This document shows, in pieces, positions 9,847-18,454 of a DNA stretch of 64,000 bases. The first letter of the stretch is position 1; every line of letters starts with the position of its first letter. A program made the translations under genes and the position numbers. The notes under the pieces are model-generated. The model had not been told where the DNA came from. It ran no database searches and saw only the letters and a list, made by a program, of their open reading frames with translations. Source of the stretch: Thermoanaerobaculia bacterium (lineage in GTDB: Bacteria > Acidobacteriota > Thermoanaerobaculia > Multivoradales > UBA5704); the NCBI GenBank assembly GCA_049284515.1, contig JBAPYB010000416.1, positions 3,582 through 67,581 of the forward strand, read 5' to 3'.

Positions 9847-10261
9847 GCTCGCCGCCTTCGTCGACACCAGCGTCCTCGTCTATGCCGTCTGCGCCGACCA
9901 GCCCCACAAGCAGCGGCTGGCCCGCAGCATCGTCGAGCGCGGTTTCGTCGAGGGGTGCTATGCCACCAGCACTCAGGTCCTCGTGGAGCTCTACGACCTC
10001 CTCACCCGTTGCGCCGAGGTGAAGCTCTCCGCCATGGAGGCCGCCGACTTCGTCCGCGCCCTCCGCGAGTGGCACCTCGTCGAGATGGACTCCGACCTCG
10101 TCTCCGCCGCCCTCAGCCTCGCCGAGCGCGAGGAAATGTCCCCCTGGGACGCCGCCATCCTCGAAGCCGCCCGCCGGGCGGACTGCACCCGCGTGCTCTC
10201 CGAGTCGCTACCGGCAGGGCGGACGTACGAGGGGGTACGGGTGGAGAATCCGTTCGCGTAG
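9836..10261 (+). CDS. vapC: PIN-domain toxin VapC
   Basis: 141 aa. N-terminus is AFVDTSVLVYAV (PIN acidic motif). The 11-nt overlap with the antitoxin is typical vapBC architecture. Confidence 0.85.
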   Translation: MKGELAAFVDTSVLVYAVCADQPHKQRLARSIVERGFVEGCYATSTQVLVELYDLLTRCAEVKLSAMEAADFVRALREWHLVEMDSDLVSAALSLAEREEMSPWDAAILEAARRADCTRVLSESLPAGRTYEGVRVENPFA

Positions 10262-10353
10262 GCGGCGAAGTGTGTTACGCCCCCGGTGCAACGGACCGGT
10301 GAAGAACCCAACCCGCCGTGCTAGGATCGTGGTCTCCGGAAGGAGGCGCGGCA

Positions 10354-10908
10354 ATGGCAGTTCACGATCTCCCCCGCAAGCTCACCTACGACGATTACGC
10401 CTCGATCCCTGAGGATGGCCAGCGCCACGAGATCCTCGACGGAGAGCACTACGTGAGCCCAGCGCCTCTCATTCCGCATCAAGAGGTCTCTTCCAACCTG
10501 CACACGGAGCTGGGCCCGTTCATCAAGAAGCACCGGCTGGGCAAGCTGCTGGCCGCTCCCACGGACGTGATCCTCTCTACTCACGACGTCGTCCAGCCGG
10601 ACTTCCTCTTCATCTCGACCCAGCGGTTCGGGATCATCACCCGGGAGAACGTCCAGGGCGCGCCGGACCTGATCATCGAGATCCTCTCTCCAGGGACCCG
10701 CAGCCGGGATGAAGGAATCAAGAGGGAGATCTACGAGCGCTACGGCGTCCCGGAGTACTGGCTGCTCGATCCGGACCGCAAGACCACCCGAGTTTACCGG
10801 CGCCTCGGCAACCGGCTCCGCCTCGTCGCCAAGCTCTCCGCGGGGGACGTGCTCACGACGCCCTTGCTGCCGGGGCTCGAAATCCGGCTGGCCGACGTCT
10901 TCAACTGA
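10354..10908 (+). CDS. Uma2-family (DUF820) putative endonuclease
   Basis: Contains YDDY...GQRHEILDGE...PDF.F......GAPDLIIEILSP...D...K...Y...GVPEYWLLD, the characteristic Uma2 pattern. Probable start is M13 of the ORF. Confidence 0.85.
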   Translation: MAVHDLPRKLTYDDYASIPEDGQRHEILDGEHYVSPAPLIPHQEVSSNLHTELGPFIKKHRLGKLLAAPTDVILSTHDVVQPDFLFISTQRFGIITRENVQGAPDLIIEILSPGTRSRDEGIKREIYERYGVPEYWLLDPDRKTTRVYRRLGNRLRLVAKLSAGDVLTTPLLPGLEIRLADVFN

Positions 10909-11300
10909 GGGCGGGCTGGAGTCTCAATGCCAACCACTACCCACGCCAGCACGGCGCAAGCCACGGCAGCAAACACAACCGATGCAACCACATCCTTCGA
11001 CGACCGATAAACTCTAAGTATTCGGCGTAAATGTTCCCCTTTCGAACCGCGCTCCTCCAGTCTTTGCTCTTCGACGGCCCGCGCTTGAAACCAACCAACA
11101 CAGTCCGCCAAGAATGTCAAGATGACTCCAACCGCTAAAAGGGACAGATACGTCAACCGCACTCCCCCGCGAACCCCATCGCTGGTCATCAAATTGACAG
11201 CGCTTGCCAAAAGTATTACAGCCAAAACATCATAGAACCGCCGGCTCAAACTAAAGACCAGCACTATCAGTGCAAACCAGAATTCTGCTAACATCCTCAC
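10794..11300 (-). CDS. Small integral membrane protein, last gene of the island operon
   Basis: 168 aa with about 4 hydrophobic helices. Its last ~38 codons read antisense through the 3' end of the Uma2 gene, so the native C-terminus is uncertain. Confidence 0.5.
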   Translation of the reverse strand: MRMLAEFWFALIVLVFSLSRRFYDVLAVILLASAVNLMTSDGVRGGVRLTYLSLLAVGVILTFLADCVGWFQARAVEEQRLEERGSKGEHLRRILRVYRSSKDVVASVVFAAVACAVLAWVVVGIETPARPQLKTSASRISSPGSKGVVSTSPAESLATRRSRLPRRR

Positions 11301-11303
11301 ATT

Positions 11304-12641
11304 TCACCGAGCCTTCCTATCCTGTAGCAACTCCACCACTTTCCTCACGCGCAAGTCATTCCCGCCGCTCTCGTCGATATTTCTACAGTCTTCTTGCCAT
11401 TTCTCTAGTCGCCCCCTATCTTGCTCCGCTTCAATAATTGCACCAAACTCTCTACCCTCTTCTGAAACAGGCTGAAGCAGCCTACGGTAAGTGTCACTAT
11501 TCCAAAGGCTACTCCAGATCCGACGCCACAACGCCAAAGTCTCGCCCCGCAAAACGCTAAGTGCTTGTTCTTTAGAGCGCTCTTCTTCTACTTCAAGGTC
11601 GGATAGTCCACCCGTAGCCTTTGGGTGAAATAGCCGAACTAAGAAAGCCAGCCTACTTGCGTCAATGATCAGGCCCGCTGCGCTGAGCTCCGAAACAATC
11701 GCCTCACTTGTCGACTCTTCCTTTTGTCGCTTTCGTACAACGCTCTCTACATACGTCCTCGCATCCTCCGAAAGGTCGCCGCAAATTTCGTCCACACAAC
11801 TCCTAAATGCGAGGGAGTAGCGCTCCGCCACAGCGAGGAGAAAACCCCAAAGCCCTCTTCGGTCACCGGGCAAAGGTACCGCCCTTGGAAGGCTTACGAC
11901 CTGATCTGCGAACCATTTACAAAGCATGGCGATCAGATGCGGATGCCTTCCACAGAAGGCTAAAATATCTTGTTCTACATACCTCAACTGAAAGTCCTCG
12001 CGCTCCTCCTTTCCAATCACCCTTGAAATAACCCCTCGTATAAGCTCCCGGCTTTCCTCTTCACTGAGCCCACGGATCACCATGTCGGGCCTCCCGACAA
12101 TTGGCTTCGGAAATGGTCGCTTGGACCATGCCACTTCTCCAGAATCATTCCTCTCCTCAAATACGATCTTAACCTCTACGTCACCTAGGAGCCCAGAAAA
12201 AATACTATTGACCTGAGCATCGATTTTGCTCGTCCTTCCCGGAACTCGAACTAAGAGCCGCTTTATCCCCATTCGCTTTAATCCATCAGCGATCATATAA
12301 CCCAGCCCCAAGAGGGACCGGCCTCTGGAAAGCTCCGCCGCCTGCTGAGCCCACTCCTTTCCGAGGTTGGACCCAACAAACTCTATGAGACCTTCAAGAG
12401 GCGTCTTATCTATGGGCTCAGGAACAAGCTTAAAGTATGCACCTCCATTGGCGACCACTTCAAAGGCTCTAACGATCATGCACGTCTTGCCGATCCTGTA
12501 CACTCCACGGACTCGTCGCAGATCGGAGCCGGAATCCGCCATGAAGGCCTTTAACTGCTCGAAAGGCCTCAAACGCGTACCTGTCGCCTCTAACCCGACG
12601 AGCACTTCGCCCTCCCCAAGCTTTTCGTTCTTCTCTTCCAT
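11304..12641 (-). CDS. Hypothetical protein in the island operon (~445 aa)
   Basis: Long ORF in low-GC DNA with the start trimmed to MEEKNEKLG. No motif was recognised by eye. Confidence 0.55.
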   Translation of the reverse strand: MEEKNEKLGEGEVLVGLEATGTRLRPFEQLKAFMADSGSDLRRVRGVYRIGKTCMIVRAFEVVANGGAYFKLVPEPIDKTPLEGLIEFVGSNLGKEWAQQAAELSRGRSLLGLGYMIADGLKRMGIKRLLVRVPGRTSKIDAQVNSIFSGLLGDVEVKIVFEERNDSGEVAWSKRPFPKPIVGRPDMVIRGLSEEESRELIRGVISRVIGKEEREDFQLRYVEQDILAFCGRHPHLIAMLCKWFADQVVSLPRAVPLPGDRRGLWGFLLAVAERYSLAFRSCVDEICGDLSEDARTYVESVVRKRQKEESTSEAIVSELSAAGLIIDASRLAFLVRLFHPKATGGLSDLEVEEERSKEQALSVLRGETLALWRRIWSSLWNSDTYRRLLQPVSEEGREFGAIIEAEQDRGRLEKWQEDCRNIDESGGNDLRVRKVVELLQDRKAR

Positions 12642-12661
12642 AGGGGCACTCACAATGGTCG

Positions 12662-14578
12662 TCAGACCCCTTCTACTCTGCTTGCTTGAGCCAGTAGACC
12701 TACCCTCAACCGACAAGTCTTGTTTGCTTCGTCAATATGGATGATCTCTTTCTCAGCCAGAGCCTGGATCAGCGGGCCTTCCGCTGCCACTACCTTCCTC
12801 GTGTAACCATGCTCCGAAAAACGCTCGGCGGTGCCGACCAGCCGTACAAGGAAGGTCCACTCTTCCTCGCTAATGCTTTCGCTCATGTACGCGATATAAT
12901 TGTGCTCCGTCACCAAAACCTCTTTGGCGACGGCTTTCATGATCTTTATGTCAATCGGAAATCTTCCTCCGTGGGCCGCGACGTAATCTACCGCTCTTTG
13001 GAACAAAAGCTGTGCCAACCCAGGCCACCCTCCGCTTGCGCACCAAATGTATTCTACCGCTAAATCGGTAAATTTGATCGATTCGGACACTTCTGCGAGT
13101 CTCTGTAAGTCGGGCAGGCTTAGGAAAGGCACTCTTCTCGGCAGCACTGAAACGCCTCCTGAATCGAAGCGTGTTTTCCAACCCCGGGACGACCAATCAT
13201 GCGTAACAAGCATTCTGTAACCGTTAGCACCACTGGCGAGTTCTTCAAGCAAGTCCAAAACCACGCTGGCATTACCCTTTAAGTTTGAGCGAATGACTGG
13301 TATGTCTAGTTCGTCAATGAAAAAGATAAATCCTTGCCTATCTGTGGCCTGAGATAGAAGCCCCAGAATCTCTCGTAGCCCTTCCGCCGAGAGGCTAAAC
13401 TGCGGACACCTCTGTAACACTCCACTATTCCTGGAGACGCTCTCCGCTATATCCAAATTGCCAACGGCCAAGCTGGAGACATACCTTTGCGCGCTGGCTG
13501 CGAGCTCAAAGCATATGTCACCGGCGCCTAAAACGTCATCTCCGTCCATTCTATTTTCCCACCATCCGAACACGTCAAGGACAAGAGGCATAAACTTCTT
13601 CTCTGCCTCTACCTCCCTCGCAATCCTTCTGAGAACAGTTGTCTTTCCTGTCCGACGGCAGCCACGTAACACAACCACTTTCTCCCCGCCCCAACTCTGC
13701 CCAGACAGTTCAGCTACGAGTGCCTTGTGCCGGCCCTTAACCAGCCGTTCCCACTGTAGCTCCGAAATGAGCGGTAAGTCCGCCACATACGGATTGACGA
13801 CGCTCAATGGCGGCGTGGGCGTGTGAAGGATGACCTCAAGATGGTTTGAGGATAGCATCCTCTCCGATGCCGATGCCGCACCGGACCAGCTTGATTCCGC
13901 CCAGAATTCGAGAACGCAGTCTTGCTCATATCTCACAGTGACAACTCTCCGAAGGCCCGAGTGCCCGGTAATATCTCCTAAACGCACAGTCCACAACCTC
14001 TTTTGCTTATCCCAAACTGAATCTTCAATACTAGGCTTACCATCGCCCAGCGCACGGAGATAAAGGGATGTGGCTCCTGCTCCCAATCGGCCTCTGTTTT
14101 CGATTGAAATCGGCAGGTCGAGAGAGTAAGGTCCACTCGCAGAATGGAGATCCTCTTCTATGACTTCGTGATCGAGTGACACAGCAAGGGACACGAGAAG
14201 AAACGCATTCTCCTCCTCACCGCGCAACCCTCTCAACCAACGGCGGGCTGTTTCGAGCATGATCAATTCTTCTGGAAGCCCCTCATCATCGATAGCCATG
14301 ATTTCTTCAAAAGCTGCGAGCCGGTCAGCCAGAAGATCGGGAGTACCGGAGCTACAAAAAGCCTCAGCTGAGTAGCCGACTAACTCTTTAAGGGGAGTCC
14401 TACCTTGAACGCTGTCTGCTGAAAAGGTGACGTTCTCCTGGAGAGGAGACGCGGTCGCAATTCTTACCAGTTCCGAGTAGACATTAACCCTTTCCTTCGC
14501 TCCTGGAACGCCGATCTCCGCAAGATTCATAAGCTCGTCGCGGTATCGGCCTAGCGCTTCCACCTCACGTAATTTCAT
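12662..14578 (-). CDS. STAND/ORC-like P-loop ATPase
   Basis: 638 aa. Walker A is LRGCRRTGKTTVL and Walker B is FIFFIDELD. A long N-terminal extension of ~300 aa and a helical C-terminus are present. Confidence 0.7.
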   Translation of the reverse strand: MKLREVEALGRYRDELMNLAEIGVPGAKERVNVYSELVRIATASPLQENVTFSADSVQGRTPLKELVGYSAEAFCSSGTPDLLADRLAAFEEIMAIDDEGLPEELIMLETARRWLRGLRGEEENAFLLVSLAVSLDHEVIEEDLHSASGPYSLDLPISIENRGRLGAGATSLYLRALGDGKPSIEDSVWDKQKRLWTVRLGDITGHSGLRRVVTVRYEQDCVLEFWAESSWSGAASASERMLSSNHLEVILHTPTPPLSVVNPYVADLPLISELQWERLVKGRHKALVAELSGQSWGGEKVVVLRGCRRTGKTTVLRRIAREVEAEKKFMPLVLDVFGWWENRMDGDDVLGAGDICFELAASAQRYVSSLAVGNLDIAESVSRNSGVLQRCPQFSLSAEGLREILGLLSQATDRQGFIFFIDELDIPVIRSNLKGNASVVLDLLEELASGANGYRMLVTHDWSSRGWKTRFDSGGVSVLPRRVPFLSLPDLQRLAEVSESIKFTDLAVEYIWCASGGWPGLAQLLFQRAVDYVAAHGGRFPIDIKIMKAVAKEVLVTEHNYIAYMSESISEEEWTFLVRLVGTAERFSEHGYTRKVVAAEGPLIQALAEKEIIHIDEANKTCRLRVGLLAQASRVEGV

Positions 14579-15977
14579 TACCCCCTCCTACCGCCATTCT
14601 CAAATCCCACGCAGCTTTAGATAGGTTCCGTATCCCTCGATAGAGTCCTGCTTCTCCGTCGATGCTGCCGGGTGATTCCTTCATCTCTATGAAACCACGA
14701 AGAAGCTCCACGCCGAGCGGCTGTACTCGAAACGACTCGTACTCTTCCAGCAAAATTTCGGGATGCAAAATCCATCTACGCGCAATCACAGGGGCGAGAC
14801 TCCAGGCGATCTCTCGGGGCTTCTCATTAGAAAGCAAGCCGACAATCCGAAGTCTCTCGTGCTCTAGGTCGGCGCAATGGTTAATCATTGCCGATAGGAT
14901 TTCTCTCAGTTCCTCGCTTATGGTCCCCCCCGACTCTCGCGCCAACGAAACTCCTTCTGTGAGGGCGGCTTCGAGGGCCAAATTTGCTTCATCGCGTTTA
15001 CCAACTTTTTTGCCGAGCTCCACCGCGGCACTTCGCATCCTCTCTACTTTCGCAAGACTTACAGATACTGAGCCTCTTCTCAGTCGCGCTCTCCTCCAGA
15101 GCAAGTAGGACCAGAGCGCTAGAGCACCAAAGCCGATGGGCAACCAAACGCGGACCATCTTCCCTCGGTACCCGCTCCACATATTCTCCGTTGACCCACC
15201 TGAGAGAACTCGAGGTCTCGGTTCCAGCGATATCGGAGCTTCAAGTTTATTCTGGAGAATGCGTCTTGTCTCCAGGAGGAGATTGGTGCCCTCCGACACT
15301 CGGATATACCTTCCATGCCCCAACACCCTCTGCCAGAGAAGCATCTCGCGTTGGCGATCCCCAACTGCTAGAATATTGACCTCTGCACCCCAAGCCTCCA
15401 GACTCCTGATGGCTTGCACAGGTGAAACAGAGTTAGTTGCTGTATACAAATCCTCGCCGCTAAGATAGCTTTTCTCCTCTGGTTCGCTCATTCGCCTCGG
15501 TTGAAGCCAAGGTTCCCCATCTGTAATCATGAAAACCAGACACATGCGATTGACAAAGCAAGGCTTGCCTCTCCGGAAGGCTGATAGAGCGTATTGAAGT
15601 GGAGGCCTGAAGTCCGTGAATGAGATCGGCACTGAGTACGAGAAAGGCGCCTGATCTCCCGACTTGCCATCCATCACTATTTTCGCTCCCAATTTTTCTC
15701 CAAAATCAACCGCTTCTATGTGAACCTCTAAACCGTAGAAATCGACCGCGCCTGCGAATTGCCTTAAAAGGCTCGTGGCTAATTTCGTTACGGCCGGTTC
15801 TCCGTTGTACTTCCTTGCCACCATGCTCGGTGATCTGTCTAGAAGAAGTACGATGTCCAATTTCGGCTCTGCGCTACTCACTTGCCCTAAGACTTCAGCC
15901 GAGACCCCCGTTGTTAACAGAGTCGAGAGTAGGAGAACTTCGAAAAGCACTCTTCCGACTGGTAGGTGTAAGGACAT
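14565..15977 (-). CDS. Membrane-anchored vWA-domain protein
   Basis: 470 aa. N-terminal signal-like segment is LLLSTLLTTGVSA. MIDAS motif is LLLDRSPSM and MITDGEPW follows. An internal TM helix (VWLPIGFGALALWSYLLW) precedes a helical tail. Confidence 0.7.
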   Translation of the reverse strand: MSLHLPVGRVLFEVLLLSTLLTTGVSAEVLGQVSSAEPKLDIVLLLDRSPSMVARKYNGEPAVTKLATSLLRQFAGAVDFYGLEVHIEAVDFGEKLGAKIVMDGKSGDQAPFSYSVPISFTDFRPPLQYALSAFRRGKPCFVNRMCLVFMITDGEPWLQPRRMSEPEEKSYLSGEDLYTATNSVSPVQAIRSLEAWGAEVNILAVGDRQREMLLWQRVLGHGRYIRVSEGTNLLLETRRILQNKLEAPISLEPRPRVLSGGSTENMWSGYRGKMVRVWLPIGFGALALWSYLLWRRARLRRGSVSVSLAKVERMRSAAVELGKKVGKRDEANLALEAALTEGVSLARESGGTISEELREILSAMINHCADLEHERLRIVGLLSNEKPREIAWSLAPVIARRWILHPEILLEEYESFRVQPLGVELLRGFIEMKESPGSIDGEAGLYRGIRNLSKAAWDLRMAVGGGNEIT

Positions 15978-16140
15978 AAGCTAGCCAACGTTAACGTTCT
16001 TGCAGCGCTTCTCGCAGAAGTCCTTTTCACCTTGTAAAACAACACCCTCAGAGGCAGCAATACGGCTTATGAAAGGACTCCAGCAGAGAATGAGCGCTTT
16101 TCTGGGTCTCATGGATGACCACCAAATCTGCGAGGTCGGC

Positions 16141-17646
16141 CTACTTTCTCTCGAAGTTCAAAGACAAGCATCCGCGGTAGCGGCTACGGCCCACGGTCTT
16201 CTGTAAGATGCTAGTCGAGACATCGCGAAGGTAGAGGGTCTTTCCTGAAATTGCTTTCGGGGAGGTGTCATCCTGTGTGCTCCAAGCGCCGAGCCAATTC
16301 TCTGCCCCGATGAAACTCATGTCGACAGAAATTGACAAAGGGATGGCTAGCTTCCATCGATCGCGCGGCTGCGAGACTAGTCGCTCGTAAGGGATCGAGA
16401 GCTCTAAGTACTGAACCATGGAACTATCCTGCACTGGCTGCTGGCGCTTGACCTCGAAGTGAGGGATGCCGCGTGTTAATCTCGCACCGAGATCCAGATT
16501 CCCCTCGGACGCACTCTTCCAAGCCTGCAAAGGTAGGCTTAGCAAAACGTCATCTTGGTTGATAGATAATCGAACCTTCACAGGAAATAGAATCTCCGAG
16601 GATCTTGGTTGCTCGAAGTCTAGCTCAGCTAAGCTCATTGAGGTATCCATCGGGCGATGAGTCCAGCTCCGAACACGAAATATATCGACGAAACCGGGCG
16701 AGGCCTGCTGATCTCCCGGCCCGTGAGAAACCTCTATCTCTTCTGGTTCTTCAACTACGAGTGAAGGCAAAATCCCAGGAAAGAACTCGATGACCTGGCT
16801 CTTGGAATGGCTACCTGCACTCAGACCGCTGTACCTTTCCAAATCTTCATGCAATCTCGCGACGAGTCGGCGCCCCTTCTCCCAATCTCGAGATACAACC
16901 CAACAATAGAAAGGCCTTTCACTCCCTTGCTGCAAGGTTATCCTTTGATTGGTTACAACACCCGCCGGTCCTCGGGTAAGAAGTACACTATAATAGACTC
17001 CATCGAAAGGGCTTTGAACTCCCAGAAGCCAAACCCCGAATCCTTTACCTGCAAGATCTCCCGTTACTGCCCTAACGATACCGGACCGATCAAAGCCAAA
17101 AGCTCTTCGTTCTTTAAAGGTCTCCAAATCTTGGGTGTTGTCCGTGATTACGACACTGAGAGAGGATTCCTTTCCGGAAGCTCGCTCTAGAGCCGCAACA
17201 ATATCCGTGTCGCGCTGGGAATAACTTCCCCTGCTTCTAACGAAATCTTGAAGATGGCTTAAAGGCGAGGGCGATGTAGGAACTTCACTTCCAAACGGAT
17301 AGAATCCTGGCACAACACCAAGGTCGTTCAATTCCTCCAGCAAAAGACTTTGCAAGAGTTGCTGGAGAGGTGACACGGGCATCGCGTGAGTAGCGTCACT
17401 AAGATATCCCTGCATAGACTCGGAGGAGTCCAGGTAGATATCCGCTTGGGTGACTGGCGCTGAAGCAAACTCGGTTGCTTTCTCAGAGTGGCACAATTTC
17501 TCCGCGTCCTCCGTACCCTCAGTGGTCCCTCCGCAAGATGTTCCCAAGAAAAGGGCGACTGTTGCCAACAGAGCAAGCCGGACAGTTAGCCGGTCGTTGA
17601 TTCTGCCCCTCCTCATCGATAGCCTCCTCAAAGCCTCAGACGACAA
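16141..17646 (-). CDS. Secreted or lipoprotein-like vWA-like protein
   Basis: 501 aa. Signal sequence has a lipobox-like FLGTSC. MIDAS-like motif is IYLDSSESM and VVITDNTQD follows. Confidence 0.6.
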   Translation of the reverse strand: MSSEALRRLSMRRGRINDRLTVRLALLATVALFLGTSCGGTTEGTEDAEKLCHSEKATEFASAPVTQADIYLDSSESMQGYLSDATHAMPVSPLQQLLQSLLLEELNDLGVVPGFYPFGSEVPTSPSPLSHLQDFVRSRGSYSQRDTDIVAALERASGKESSLSVVITDNTQDLETFKERRAFGFDRSGIVRAVTGDLAGKGFGVWLLGVQSPFDGVYYSVLLTRGPAGVVTNQRITLQQGSERPFYCWVVSRDWEKGRRLVARLHEDLERYSGLSAGSHSKSQVIEFFPGILPSLVVEEPEEIEVSHGPGDQQASPGFVDIFRVRSWTHRPMDTSMSLAELDFEQPRSSEILFPVKVRLSINQDDVLLSLPLQAWKSASEGNLDLGARLTRGIPHFEVKRQQPVQDSSMVQYLELSIPYERLVSQPRDRWKLAIPLSISVDMSFIGAENWLGAWSTQDDTSPKAISGKTLYLRDVSTSILQKTVGRSRYRGCLSLNFERK

Positions 17647-18454
17647 AGGTGCCCCTCCTCACCACCAAATCCTTCGAAATAAAGCCTTCGAGGGACCCCT
17701 GCGCTTCCAGGAGGGCACAGCGCCGAAGCTCTTTCACGAAGAGATCCACGCTTCCGCTGGCTCCCAGAACCTCAAAGAGATGATCATGCACCAGGGGATC
17801 ATAGCGGCTATAGTTGCGTGGGATGAGAAAGCGCCTGCAGTCCTTCTGGGGATCTCGGTATGCCACTGACAAGAAAAACCAATGATTCGAGCCGCCTCTC
17901 TCCACAGAGGGATAAGGCTCGATAATAGGTTCCGCTAAGCCCTCATTTCGAAAGTAATCGAGAAGTTTTTTCGATGCTTCCTCGAAGGCTCCTTCCATCC
18001 CAGGCCACACCCCCGCCAAGAATCCTGGCGCACTCAATTCACGAGCTAGCAGATTTTCGAGCGCGAGAGAATCCTGCTCCTCGCGTCTGGGGAGTTGCGG
18101 AAGCTGGTCAAGGTGCAGGGATGCAACGGCTTCATCTTCTTGGTTGTCATGCTGAGGAGCCCTTCTTGGTTCCGCCAGTTGCCCAGCCTTCCTGAAATCG
18201 GCTTGGAGCGCCAGAGCGTCGGTCAAGGGTTTGAGATCGAGGCTTTGGGGCTTCTGCGCCAGGATCTGCGTCAAAAGGAGATCGGTCTTACTCTCGACAT
18301 ACTTCTCGAGAGCCCGAAACTCCCGGCGCCAGTCCTCGATCGAAGGCAGGGACTGTCGGTTCTTTGCCTGCCGGCTCTGCAACCACAGCCACACTACGCC
18401 ACTGAGCGACAAGGCTTGGAGGACGACAAGCCAGATTAAGAGGGCCTGCTGCAA
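17636..18454 (-). CDS. N-terminally membrane-anchored protein of unknown function
   Basis: 272 aa. Has a single N-terminal TM helix (LLIWLVVLQALSLSGVVWLWL). Its start abuts the stop of the upstream gene. Confidence 0.55.
   Translation of the reverse strand: MQQALLIWLVVLQALSLSGVVWLWLQSRQAKNRQSLPSIEDWRREFRALEKYVESKTDLLLTQILAQKPQSLDLKPLTDALALQADFRKAGQLAEPRRAPQHDNQEDEAVASLHLDQLPQLPRREEQDSLALENLLARELSAPGFLAGVWPGMEGAFEEASKKLLDYFRNEGLAEPIIEPYPSVERGGSNHWFFLSVAYRDPQKDCRRFLIPRNYSRYDPLVHDHLFEVLGASGSVDLFVKELRRCALLEAQGSLEGFISKDLVVRRGTFVV

Noticed and set aside
16000-16206. Small ORFs in the 163-nt gap between the two vWA genes
   Set aside because: They are on the opposite strand to the operon or are too short and unsupported. 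The gap is more likely an internal regulatory or processing region.
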